This document shows positions 13,329-25,771 of a stretch of DNA of 64,000 nt, piece by piece. Under the pieces are notes generated by a model. The model worked only from the letters and a program-made list of their open reading frames with translations. It did not search any database and was not told the origin of the DNA. Made by a program: the position numbers and the translations under genes. The DNA is taken from contig NC_087436.1 in NCBI RefSeq assembly GCF_036321535.1, positions 105,092,001 through 105,156,000 on the forward strand. Reading direction: 5' to 3'. Source of the DNA: Camelus dromedarius. Lineage: Eukaryota. How positions within the stretch are numbered: position 1 is the first letter of the stretch; each line of letters begins with the position of its first letter.

Positions 13329-16300
13329 TCATAACCCTCTAGGATGGGAGCCACCAGCCACATGTGGCTGCTGAGCAATTCCAATGGGTCTGGTGAGACT
13401 GATGGGTGGTTTCACTAGAGGGAGAAACACTCCTTTTCCCACCAACACAGTTACTGTCTTGCTCAAACTACATTTCACTTAGCCATTGTATCGCACAAGA
13501 TATGACTGCTGTCGTGCACATGAAACCCAGTAGGACTCTGCAGGGTGTTCCAGGGGACAGACACCGCCCCCCACCCCCCGCCCCCCACCTCTTCTGTGAA
13601 GAAAAGCTTTAGCTTCCTAAGCTTTCCTTGAGTTCTGATGAGTAAATTTAATCAGGGAAGTGAAAAAATACAGAAACAAAGAAAAACAATCAAGCAAGAC
13701 AAAATAGTAATAGTTTAGCCATAAAACAAAGTCAAGGACATTTAGTTCCTCCTCAAGGGCTAGTATATCCTGAGCCATATTCTTGAGTTGTAAACCCCAG
13801 GTGGAAGAGGTCAACTGCCTGCGGACCACCAGCACATAGATCCCAAAGTGGTTGGAACCAGAAAACTGATAACTGAATTTTCCACAATACCACCCTGTTA
13901 CTTCACCATCAACCAACCAGAGAATTGTGCAGAAGCTGACCCTTCACCCTGCGACCTTCTCCCTCACACTGTCTTTAAAAACGCTTCCCTAAAAGCCATC
14001 AGGGAGTTCAAGTCTTTTAAGCATGAGCTGCCCCTTCTTGCTTGATGCCCTGCAATAAATGCTGTCTACACTCTCCTTCACCACAACCAGCCAGTAGATT
14101 GGCTTCGCTGCACATCAGATGAGCAGACCTCAGTTTGCTTCGGCAACACGTGTAGGGCACAGATGTCATTTTTACCTGTAAACTGAATTGCTTCAGTTCA
14201 ATTTTTTTTCCCTCTATGCACCTATGTAACATTGCAGTGTGTCTACCCAAATATTTTCTGCAGATAATAGGAAGTCCAAAGATATCTGTGTCAATGATAA
14301 TTGGTAATTAAATCAAAACACTTATTTTGTAAAACTATAATGTAATTAAGTTTTTCTAGTTTAAAAAACTATGGGCAAATTTTAAAATTTTAAATGAAGC
14401 TATACTAATGATGCAGAATCAAGTGAAGACGCAGAAGCTAGAACTATAATCAGATGAGTAAAGCAAAAAAAAAAGATAATGAAATGGAATTGCAATTTCC
14501 TGTAGCAGATCAATGTGTAAAAAAAAATTTTTAAGATGATAAAGTGGATGATATTGAGACATTTTTCTGCAAATACATAATGGATTTAATAAGAAGTTTC
14601 CTTTCAGTGGTCAAAAAGTTTAATAAAATTAGGTGCCTAAAAACAAGATTAAATGTTCAAAAAGAAATTTGTAATTATTTTTCAATTTTTAAAAAATTTT
14701 AAATAAATGTAAATAAGATCTGTGCTTATAAATTTGGCCAGCTATAAAAAAGCTTGGATTCTTTCACAAAAGAAAAACATTTTTAGATAAAGAAATTGTA
14801 AAGGAAAGTATTTTTCAGTAATGGAAATATTTTTAGAAAATACTGAGGAAAAGACTGAAAACAAGATATTTTACAAAGAGTGAAAGCTCTTTAATTAAGT
14901 CACTAAATAATTGCCCATAAAATACAAGCCTTTTCTAACAATAGCAAAGACCAATCAATAAATTTGAAAAACTGAAAGTACTTTTCCCTAGCTTTAGATG
15001 TGTCCTGTGCTGTAACAGACACTGCCCGAATAATACTTTGGAGACATTTCATCTCAAAGGACCTCGAATTTACAAAGAAATATCGTCAATTTATAGCCTA
15101 AAAAAACTAACATATGGCAAAGATAGTTTTTAATCTTTTATATATGTCAAAGAAGAATTCCAGCTAGGTAAGAAAAAATTAGTTTCTATCACTACAAATG
15201 GTAGTTTGGCAATGCTAGGTCAAAAATTTGAATTTAGGAATTTTCAAATTAAAAAATCATAATTTTCCTTTTTGCTTAGTCCATTGTATAATACTTATCA
15301 AAAATATTTGTACTTAGTTTTCTGCAGCAGACTCTATGAAAAGCATCATGGGTATAGTTGTCAGAATTGTTCATCATATATATTCAAATGCTGTGAATTA
15401 TCTCCAGTTTATGGAAAGAAATAGAAGATGATGGCTTTAATGACCTTGTGATCTTTGCCAGTGCTCTTTGTTTGAATCATGGAAGAGTTTTATAAAGACT
15501 TATTGCATTTTTAACTTCAAGATTTTCTTGAAACAAAGGGAATACTTGCCAAGTATTCAGTAATCAGAGACAGAAAGTGGCAGTGTGTCTTATGTTGTCA
15601 TTAAAATCATACTGCACACAAATGAGCTAATTGTGAAACTCCGAGGTAAGAACAGCTTATCTGTTACCCAGCTAGACAGGTGTGAGGATTCGTGTTGAGA
15701 CTGAAAGTTTTATTGTATAAATCAATAATAATAATTTTACACCTTTTTCTACCATAAATCAATATGCAGATTATTTTCATCCCAACTGACAGGTGCTGTG
15801 TAAATTGGCTATAGAGACAAAAAAAAAAAAAAAGGAAAGAACGTTTCATTATCACTGACCAATTTTAGGTTGCTCTTCAGTTTATGCAACATGCTTCTGA
15901 GCTGACCCAAGGGTTGGCAAATTTACTTAGCTTGGAAAGATGTAGTTTTGAAACTCATATGCTTTTGCTCCAAAGTCAAATAAATTCTAGAAAAGATGAA
16001 CAAGTTTTGTCAATATGTATGCATATATTAAAGAAAAATTATTTAGGGGTACTTTTTTAGATTAGTGGAAAACTTTTAAGAATGTTTGAACTATATTAGG
16101 TATGAAAAATTGCTTTTTTAGCTGTAAATTTTATCCAATGAAAGTTTTGTGTTTAAATAAAGATGCACTGTAAGTAAAAACAAAAGACTGAATTTCCAAG
16201 ACCTAGTATGAAAAAGTATGTAAAATAGCTCATTAAAAATTGTTTATATTAATCACATGTTGAAATAAGAATATTTTGAATACATTAGGTTAAGTAAAAT

Positions 16301-16407
16301 ATATTACTAAAGTTAATTTCACCTATTTTTGTTACTTCTTTATAATGTGGATACCAGAAATTTTAAAACTACTTATGTTCACATTATGTTTCTATTGGAT
16401 TGCTCCA
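13329..16407 (+). mobile_element. Full-length decayed hAT-Charlie (Charlie5/MER33-type) DNA transposon
   Basis: Both MER33-like termini present. Transposase relics YFSLALDVSCAVTDTARIILW (14979-15041), VSITTNGSLAMLGQK (15182 on), HCII (15282 on). Flanks atctggat/ctctagaa fit the NTCTAGAN target. Confidence 0.85.
13521..14148 (+). mobile_element. ERV (class I-like) solo LTR nested in the Charlie element
   Basis: TG...CA termini, TATA-like tttaaaaa near 13975, AATAAA 14054-14059. Target duplication not cleanly resolved. Confidence 0.8.
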
Positions 16408-16647
16408 CTCTAGAATGTAATTGCCGTGATAATATGAGAAAAGTGACATGGCCTTTGTCTTGTTCATTGTTGTATTTCCAGAGCCTAAAACCAGTGCCTG
16501 GCACATACTAGGTGTTCAGAAAACATCGACTAAATAAATGAATCTAGGTGTACCTCCACAGTATCAGTAAGGGTTTGAGGCAGGAAATAGAAACCACTCC
16601 AACTATTGCAAAAAGAAAGGGATTTTAAATGAAGAATTTAGAATTTA

Positions 16648-17079
16648 CAGCAAAGAAGACATATAAATGGCCAACAGGCACATAAAAAGGTGCTCAGCAT
16701 CACAAATCATCAGGGAAAAGCAAATCAAAACCATAAGTAGATATCAGCTCACACCTGTTAGAGTGACTGGTCTCACAAACACAAGAACAAACAAGTGTTG
16801 GTGAGGATGTGGAGAAAAGGAAACCCTCGTGTACTGTTGGTAAGAATGCAAATTGGTGCAGCCACTATGGAAAACAATGTAGAGATTCCTCAAAAAATTA
16901 AAAATAAAACTACCATATGATCCAGCAATTCCACTCCTGGCTATATATGCAAAGAAAATGAAAACATTAACTTAAAAAGATATCTGCACCCCTGTATTCA
17001 CTGCAGCATTATTTATAATATCCAAGACATGGAAGCAACCTAAGTGTCCACTGATGGATAAATGGATAAAGAAAATGCG

Positions 17080-17117
<38 letters not shown>

Positions 17118-17693
17118 GTATATATAATCATACACACACACACACACAATGGGATATTATTCAGCCACTGAGGAAATAAAAGGAAATCCTGCTATTTGCA
17201 ACAACATGGATAGACCTTGAGGGCATTATGCTAAATGAAATAAGACAGATACAGAAGGACAGATATCATATAATCTCATTTGTATGTGGAACATACAAAT
17301 TTTTTAATTAAAAAATTAAAAAAATAAAACTGAGCCCATCAATAGAACAGATTGGTGGTTGCTAGAAGAAGGAAATGGAGGCTGAGCAAATGGGTGAAGG
17401 GGATCAAAGGGAATAATTCCCAGTTATAAAATAAATAAGTCATGGAGTGTAATGTACAGTGTGGTGACTATAGTTAATAATACTGTATTGTATATTTGAA
17501 AGTTGCTAAGAGAGTAGATCTTAAAAGTTCTCATCATGAGAAAAAAATTATAACTATGTGTGATAATGGATATTAACATCATTTACTGAGGTGATTATTT
17601 CATAATACATACAAATATTGAATCACTATGTTGTATACCTGAAGCTAATACAATATTACATGTCAATTATATCTCAATTAGAAAAGAAAAAAA
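16648..17693 (+). mobile_element. L1MA9-like 3' end with internal (CA)n, inserted in an old MaLR LTR (about 16560-18140)
   Basis: ORF2 C-terminus (accatatgatccagcaattccactcctgg), 3'UTR (gaaagttgctaagagagtagatcttaaaagttctc), A tail. Confidence 0.92.
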
Positions 17694-19738
17694 CCTTCTA
17701 AATCTATATTTTAAAAAAAGATACAAATATCATTAGACAGGCTGGAGCAGTGAGCTCTGGACCAGACCCCCAGGAATGGTGCCAGGACAACACTGCAGAA
17801 CCAGCCTGCCAGGGAGCTGCCACCTCTGCCTCCATCAGGAAGGGAGGGCTACAGAAGGCAGTCCTAAAGCTACTGCCTCCAGCAACACACCTCTTCAAGC
17901 ATCAAGTGTTAGATTTAGAGCCACATCACATCTGAGAGATCCAGTCTAGTGAGAAATACATGGCCTGTGCCCTGCCTCCAGACTCCCAAGTAGCTGGTGC
18001 CTGGACACTGGAACACACTGCAGAAAAACCAGCAATGCTATTCCATGCATGACACTGTGCAGATGCCTTTGAATTCTCATGCAAGTGCATCTAAGCTATG
18101 AAATCTAAATCACAACCAAACGCCACTACAAGGAAGTCTCTCCTATCTCTTCACTGTCCTTACCAGGTAAACTCCTTCAAATTAAACATCCCTTCCACCA
18201 GGAAGCCTTCCCTGACTTCCCCAAGACTATGCTAAGTCAACTCTCCATGTATTTTGTATGCATTCTTGGCTCACTTCACTAAATTTTTTACTCTAAGTGT
18301 TTAATTGTCTTTCTCCTCTGATAGACTGCTAGCTCCATAGATAGGGATATGTCAGCGTATTTACCATCATGTTCTCCCCACCTAGTGGTAGATGCTTAAT
18401 TCACATGTGTTGAATGAGTGAATGAACAACCAGGGATAGGATTTTAACCCATCTTTCCCCACTCTACAAGCACTCTCATAACACATCCTTGTGCCCCAGT
18501 GGATGTCCAGCACCTGCCAGAGGAAGACTGTGGTTGGCTCACCATCACCAGGATGCACACTTGCCCACTCAAGGAGGATGGCCTGGGGCTGTTTCTAAGA
18601 AACCAGGAGGAACTGTTGTCTGTGCAATGACTTTCAAGGAAATGCTGCAGGCTCTGGGATGCTGGGCCCCAAGCCCAGGCTCCAGAACAGCCAAGGGAAG
18701 ATCTGGCCAAGGGGTTATGCTGGACACTGCACAAAACACTCCCAGCCACTCTCCTGTCATCAAGGAAGACATGTGAACAATTAAGTGAAGGGCCCAGAAT
18801 AGGATCCAGGTCATGCAAACAATGAGACTTTACACAAAAAAAGCATTTTCAGCTTATGAACCTGCTTCATGAACATTGTGTTTATTATTACCCCCTCCCC
18901 CATTTTACAGATGAGGAAACTGACACACAGCAAGATGAGCAATGTTTCCAAAGGCAAGTGTCAAATCCAGGTCTCGGGTCCAAGCAGCGCAGCACTGTGG
19001 TTACAACACACACTTTGGAATCAGAAAGAGCCAAGTTCAAAGTCATCTTGTGCCACACACCAGCCAGGTTCTTTGGGCAAATCAGTTTCTGAGCCTCCAT
19101 TTTCTCATACATAAAATGAAGGTGATACCATCTAACTCATGGGGTTTTTGTGAAAATTAAATAAAACTCTTATGCAAAGAACCTAGTTCAGCACCTCGTG
19201 CAGAGTAAGGATTCAGTCATTTGTACCTGTTTGTTATTACTATTCTAAGTTTGACTCTTTCCACTATTTCAGATTGATTTTTAATTGTACAAATCTTATT
19301 GTTAGTAATTTACTTTAAAAAATGCCAGCAAAGCCAGAGAGATATGAATGAGAGAGGAGTGTTATTGGGTATTCATAAGGGGCAATCGGTCACCTTGATT
19401 AGGTATACACACTCCAGGCCTGGTGCGCTATTATTACGTCCCAAAGACCCCACCCCAGAAGGCACGACTATAAGCACTTAGTCTACTTTTACGTCCATCA
19501 AGACATTGCAATATTTGGCTCTACTGATCCACTTAATAAAACGTTAGAAAAGAGTTTCTATTGGGGGGAACTTAGTGATTTCTTAGCATAAAGAAAGGAT
19601 GTATATCAAGTGGGCTCTATCAATAAAAGCAGAGGTATTCAATATACGGAGTGATGACAGTCAAGATAAAGTATTTCAGCATAGAATATTTCAGCAACAC
19701 TTCTTGCCTTTATTTGATCTTTCACCCTTAACCCTCAG

Positions 19739-19889
19739 GGATGGTAACAGAGGTTTGATCCCTAAAATATCCTGTGCCCCATCCCTGGTACAGAGTGTTG
19801 TGGTCTCATCAAGAGAACACTCGTGAAGGTGCTTTGGGATCCCCAAAAGAGACGGAGGGCTGGGGCTTCACAGAGCTTACGGAACTGCT
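19739..19889 (+). pseudogene. Relic exon G (kinase C-lobe end)
   Basis: Long pyrimidine tract then ccctcag|, donor GCT|gtaaga. GMVTEV*SLKYPVPHPWYRVLWSHQENTREGALGSPKETEGWGFTELTEL (TGA 19756-19758). Confidence 0.65.
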
Positions 19890-20214
19890 GTAAGATCATT
19901 CTGTGAGCTTCCTCTAAGCCCATAGGCTAATACATATCTATCCCTATAGTAATTTTGGTTCTGATACTGACTTCCTTTACTCCCTTTTAGTATCAAATTT
20001 TCACTTACGTCTGACTCCTAAGGGCTCTCCAAGACTTACCAAAAAGAGCCTAATATCTGAGAATGGCCAATCTGGCTTAGGCCATTTGCAACAATGGTTC
20101 TACTGAGTTTCTCTCAGGATATCTACAAAGCTCAAATAACTAAATGTCAAAGTCCCTACTGAATTTTAAAGAGCCATAGAGACGAGAATAATAACAGAAC
20201 TGCACGTATCATTT

Positions 20215-21320
20215 GATCAGTTTCCTCCCCTGGTTCTTCTCTAGGACCCAGTCTTTAACCCAGTCTTGTTCTTTCTAGGTGGTCTGGTCTAGTCCTCCAG
20301 CCCTAAATATCCATCATATGTTGAGGACTCAGACATGCTTGTCTCCAGCCTTGGCCTCTCGACTGAGCTCCAGATTATGTACATCCAACTGTCCACCAGA
20401 CACCTCCAGTTGAAGACTCTGAACAGATACCTTAAGTCGCCATAGCCAAAACACAACTCTTGATGCCTTCTCTCTCAACATCCCCTTCACCACCACCTTG
20501 AGCTTTACCCATCTCAGAGGATGGTGCTGCTCAGATCAAAGACCTAGGAGTCATCTCCAGTTCTTCTCTTTCTGGCACAGCCCCACCCCCTCTCCCCATC
20601 TAATTCATCAGTGCCCTTCTACCTGTCTCTGAGGATACCACCCTAATCACCATCATCTCACATGCTCCCTCCAGAAGCCTCCTAACTGAACTCACTGACA
20701 CCCCTCCCTCACCCTGGACAGAATGGCCTTTTTAAAATGAAAATGGGACAATGTGACTCCCTGTTTCAACCTTCCAGTGGCCTTCCATCACTCCTAGAAT
20801 AAAACCCCAAATCCTTTTCCACCACATCTGCTTCTACCCTCCTCCTTTCTCTCTGTCTCCTACCACCTCTGCCCTTAATAACTTTATTCTAGTCTCACTG
20901 GCTTGTTGCTGTTTCTTCAACACTGATGTGTCCCTTTCAGTCCCTTTTATGGTCTTTTCACCAACTGTTCCCTCAGCCTAAACACTCCTCTTTTGGGTCT
21001 TCGCCTGGTCATGACCTTTGTATCGCCCCAAGGTCATCCAAGTCACCCCCTCAGAGGGGTCTTTCCCAGCCCCCCAGTCTAAAGAAGACCCAGTGTCCTT
21101 ACATACCACTTTCATGCCATCACTCAGATTTACTACAATTCACAGCATTTCTCACTAATATCTTGTTCATTTCTTTGCTTATATATTGTTTGTCTCCCCA
21201 CTAGAATAAAAGCCCTGTGAGGGCAGGGGCTTCATTTTATTCCCCAAAGCCTCTCAGCACCTCCAACAGTGGCTGGCATAGAGAAAGTTCTAGAAAACAT
21301 TTGCCCAATGAATAAATGAG
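20215..21320 (+). mobile_element. L2 LINE 3' portion
   Basis: Pyrimidine-rich L2 body ending gagggcaggg...tggcatagag...aatgaataaatgagtga. Confidence 0.8.
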
Positions 21321-22102
21321 TGATTTATTTATTACTGCCTCTACATGACTTGTAGAAGTAAAGTTTGTGAGGAGGATGGATAAGCAAACTGTGGTGCATT
21401 TATATAACAGAATACTACTCAGTAATGAAAAAGAATAAACTGCGGATACACGAACAACAACATGATGGGACCTCGAACATGTTCTGTTGAGCAAAAGAGA
21501 ACATATTGTGTGATTCTGCTCCTACAAGACGCGAAGAACAGATAAAATAAATTTACAATATTAGAAGTCAGAACAGTGGTTAGTTATCTATAAGGATGGG
21601 GACTGACCCAAAGGGGTGTGGGCAAACATCCTGTAGTGATGGTGCTACTTTGATCAGCGTATAAGATACACATGTTTATACATTTGCCAAAACTCACCAA
21701 ACTGTACACTTTGTATTTGTGCATTTCCCAGTATGGAAATTTGTCCTCAAATTAAAAACAAAACCAAACAAAACCTACTCTTGCAAGTAGAATAACCAAC
21801 TTCCTATTATCAATCCATTTAAATGAAATGTCAATTTGATTTAGTTCTAGTTCAGAGACTATTTTGGAATCCTAGGTTTCAGTCATTTTAGAATATCTAC
21901 CTAAGCTTCTTTAAGCTTCTTTTATTGTTTTGATGAGAGGAAACAATTTGGCCCTGTTTATCCTTCCATAAAAAAATAACAGTAACATTTAGTGTGGTTC
22001 TGTTCAGGGACAGGCCTCTTTTGGTTTTGATTGTTTGCTTTGTTTCTTCCTGTGCAAAGTAGACTTAGCCTTACATCCTTGCTCCTGACATGCCTTTTTC
22101 AG

Positions 22103-23144
22103 GCAAGCAACAAATGATGCCAAAGATATGCCTATCACCCCACACTTCTAAGTGTCACTCTTCAGGATCAAAACCTAAAGGAAGTGATTATCTTGAAAAT
22201 GTCCATCAGTTTGGACCATAGAAATGAATCTGCTTTAGTCAACAGTTACCACACTTTATCCTTGTCAGGGTCACCTTTATCTCAAACTCTTCCATTGGTT
22301 GCCCCTTCACCACCACCATGGGAGGTAAAACCTCTCACCCCACAGCTGGCTTTATAGACAGGCAAACGGAACTTCAGGGGAGCTGGTGGCTGCTGTGAGT
22401 TAGTACCAAACAGCGTTCTGGGATTGGTTCACTGTTCTAGTCCAGGAAGAGTATGCTGGGCAGAGCTGACGTGAATTTTCCAACAAGTACTGCACCCCAA
22501 AAGGAAAAGTCCACAGTCTAACATCCTCATCTGATTACTGATTTCCTTATGCATGACCTTAAGCTCCAATCTTCAAAGCACTTCCATATCTCACATTCAG
22601 TTGAAAAGAACCTGCTTCCACCCTTTACAACTCCGGCTAAAATAAGAACTATCTCAGACATTGAGAGGCAGGTGGTTGGGTGTATGCGTGGTGGGGCTGG
22701 CAGGATTTTTGTGGGTGACAACCTGATGTCCCTTTCGACTCAATTCAGGAAAGCTTTCATCAGGGCGGCTGGGCGGGGGGTGGAGAAGGAGTATCTGTCT
22801 GAGAAGTCACACAGGCCCACCCAGCTCCACAGCCTCCATGCTAGAAGCATGGCTGCCCCAGGGCAGAAACTGCTGCTCCAAAGCCAGGGAGGCGCTTTCT
22901 CAGTGAGATTCACCCAGGAGCCACTCCACAGGGAAATGAGTGGCAGGTGGCCCCAGTTTGTCAGGGAGAACAGGGAGAGGACAGGAGGGGATTCTACACT
23001 GGTCTTATGCCAAGCCAGCAAGCAGCTCAAGAGCTGTAAAGTCAACTTTTCAAAGGAGGGTTGGAGCAGGATGCGAATGAGGAAGATGTAAAGTTTTCCC
23101 TGAAGGAAGTTCAAAACTCTCCTGCGGAGTCTGATGAGGATGAG
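22103..23144 (+). pseudogene. Relic exon H, 1042 bp low-complexity exon
   Basis: Acceptor tgcctttttcag|, donor GAG|gtaaac, no recognisable repeats. Entry frame (QATNDAKDMP) and exit frame (KGGLEQDANEEDVKFSLKEVQNSPAESDEDE) are the same frame; the interior has many stops and implied compensating frameshifts. Confidence 0.6.
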
Positions 23145-23304
23145 GTAAACTTTGGGCATCCATTCTGTGTCCCAGAGCATTTAGCTCTTGCCTGAATAGG
23201 AAAAATTCCAAAGGCAAAGGGAGATAAGTCAATAATTAAGAGGAACCAGCTGCAAGTCCTCTTTTCCCCTCCATTATATAAACCACCAGCTCGGGAGACA
23301 ATGC

Positions 23305-23545
23305 CACGGTTATGGACATGTCGACTCTGGAGTCAGACGGACCTGAGCCCAAATGCCAATGTGCCACTTGCTGGCTGAATGAACTCGGGCACTTTCTTAA
23401 CCTCTCTGAGCCTCGATTTCCTCACCTGTTAAATGCAAATAGCACCAGCAGTAATCTCGTAGAATTTGTTGTAAAGAACTAAGTGCCTGCAAATCATTTA
23501 GCACAGCAACTGGCACATAAAAAAGGCTCTATGAATGTTATGCTT
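23305..23545 (+). mobile_element. MIR SINE
   Basis: ctctggagtcagac...aacctctctgagcctcgatttcctcacctgttaaatg. Confidence 0.85.
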
Positions 23546-24158
23546 ACACTAAGTAAATCTTTTAGCAAGTAGCTCCCATAGCACTGGTGACTAATTTAAA
23601 TAAGTGATTTAATTAACTAGAGCCAAAATGGCTCTTCCTGAATTACTAACCCTGGAATCTGCCTCTCCGATTTTGCTGGAATATAGCCATGCCTATGGTG
23701 ATTTTTGGGGACCTTGCTTATTCATAAAGGGACTTTCTCAGTAGACAGTGTGTAAAGAAGCCTGGAGTTGAGGTGTGGAGGAGGGTGGAAAAGAGTATGA
23801 TTATCTGAAATTATTCAAAGGGCTGGTCTGCTGATTAGGGATTAAATCTAACCTGTGGGCTCCCAAAGAGAGGAATTAAATCCAATAGGAGAAAATTGCA
23901 GAGAACAGATTTCTGTTCAGAGTAAGGAAGTTCTTTTCGCTTTATTCTGTTTTGTTTTCATGATTCAGCCAGAATTTATGGAGCTTCAACTGTGTACCAG
24001 GCACTGTTCCAGGTACTAGGGACACAAGTAGTGAACACAGTCCCTAACCCGATGGAGCCTGCATCCTAATAGGAGGTGGATACTGAGCCAGTAAACAAGG
24101 AAATAAATAAGATAAATTTAGATACTGAAAAATACTGTGAATAACATAAAACTAAGTG

Positions 24159-25087
24159 ACCTACACTGTTGGTGGGAAAGTAAATTGGTGCAGCCACTAC
24201 AGAGAACAGTATGGAGGTTCCTTAAAAAACTAGAAATTGAGTTGCCATATGACCCAACAATCCCACTCCTGGGTATATATCCAGACAAAACTCTAATTCG
24301 AAAAGATACATGCGTCCTAATGTTCATAGCCACTCTATTTACAATAGCCAAGGCATGGAAACAACATAAATGTCCATCAATAGATAACTGGATAAAGAAG
24401 AGTGGTATAACTATACAATGGAATACTACTCAGCCATAAAAAAGAATGAAATAATGCCATTTACAGCAATATGGATGGAGCTAGAGATTATTATACTAAG
24501 TGAAGAAAGAAAGAGACAGATGGGCAGGAGGGTATAGCTCAGTGGTAGAGTGCGTGCTTAGCATGCATGAGGTCCTGAGTTAAATCCCCAGTATCTCCAT
24601 TAAATAAATAAACCTAATTCTTAATTACCTTCCCCCCAAAACAGCAACAATGAACAAACAAGGAAGAATTACTAAAAAAAGACTAAATTTTTTAAAAAGC
24701 AAAAAAAACATTGCTCTAAAAAAAAAGAAAGACAAATACTATATAATATCACTTATATGTAGAATCTAAAAGGACACAAATGAACTTATTTACAAAACAG
24801 AAGCGGACTCACAGACATGAATACCAAACTTATGAATACCAAAGGGGGAAGTGGAGGAGAGGGACAAATTAGGAGTTTGGGATTAGCAGATACAACTACT
24901 ATATACAAAATAGATAAACAATGAGGTCCTACTGTATAGCACAGGGAACTATATTCAATATCTTGTAATAATTTATAATGAAAATGAATATGAAAAAGAA
25001 TATATATATTTGTATAATGAGTCACTGTACTATATACCAGAAACTAACACAACATTGTAAATCAACCCTACTTCAATAAAAAAAGAA
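24159..25087 (+). mobile_element. Younger artiodactyl-type L1 3' end (5' truncated)
   Basis: ORF2 tail [34 protein letters not shown], 3'UTR ctactgtatagcacagggaactatattcaa, approximate TSD aaactaagtga/aacctgagtga. Confidence 0.93.
24522..24726 (+). mobile_element. tRNA-Ala-derived camelid-type SINE nested in L1
   Basis: ggagggtatagctcagtggtagagtgcgtgcttagcatgcatgaggtcctgag...ccccagtatctcc and A-rich tail. Confidence 0.92.
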
Positions 25088-25134
25088 ACCTGAGTGATAA
25101 GGAGGTTTATTGGAGATTGGAATACACTTCTGTC

Positions 25135-25771
25135 TTTTTTTATTGAGGTATAATTGACATATAACATTACATTAGTTTCAGGTGTACAAAATAATGATTC
25201 AACATTTTTATATATTTTGAAATGATCACCACAATAAGTCTAGCTAACATCTGTCACCACATATAGTTATAAAATTTTTTTTTGTGATGAGAAATTTTAA
25301 GACTTACTCTCTTAGCAATTTTCAGATATGCAATACAGTATTATTCGTTATGGTCACCATGAGAGCCCCTTCACCCATTTCTCCTACCCTCCACCTTCAC
25401 CTTCGCAACCACCAATCCATTCTCTGTATCTGTAAGCTTGGTTTTTTAATTTGTTTGGTTTGGTTTTTTGTTTCTTAGACTCCACATATACGTAAGATCA
25501 TGTGGTGTTTGTCTTTCTCTGTCTGACTTATTTCACTTAGCATAATGCCCTCAAGGTCCATCCATGTTGCTGCAAATGGCATGATTTCCTTCTGTTTTAT
25601 GGCAGAAAAATATTCCACTGTGTACATACACCACATTCTCTTTATCCATTCATCCATCAGTGGATACTTAGCTTGCTTCTGCATCTTGGCTATTGTAAAT
25701 AATGCTGCTATAAATATGGGGGTGTATATATCTTCAAGTTAGTGTTTTCATTTTCCTCAGATAGATACCAA
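25135..25771 (-). mobile_element. L1MA9-like 3' end
   Basis: Reverse strand encodes KYPLMDEWIKRMW..EIMPFAATWMDLEGIMLSEISQ; poly-T at 25135. Confidence 0.92.

Larger units (their letters stand above)
344..23144 (+). pseudogene. Disabled multi-exon TEX14-like (pseudo)kinase gene relic, 5' part upstream of window
   Basis: Seven repeat-free segments with AG/GT boundaries. Manual translation gives kinase-like motifs in order: FCGAWFSIK, HPDNMAWC..YLYLWEE, LLDVISALRNL..LNSRAIKVV, GNLD, W..PE, SLLEL, VPHPWYRVL..FTELTELL. Many in-frame stops and frameshifts. TEX14 similarity judged from recalled sequence only. Confidence 0.68.

Noticed and set aside
22740..23180. 146 aa minus-strand ORF (likewise 2949-3242 and 365-751)
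   Set aside because: They lie opposite the + strand relic exons. The Leu/Ile-rich text of 22740-23180 is the codon-aligned complement of the acidic + strand peptide. No family recognised.
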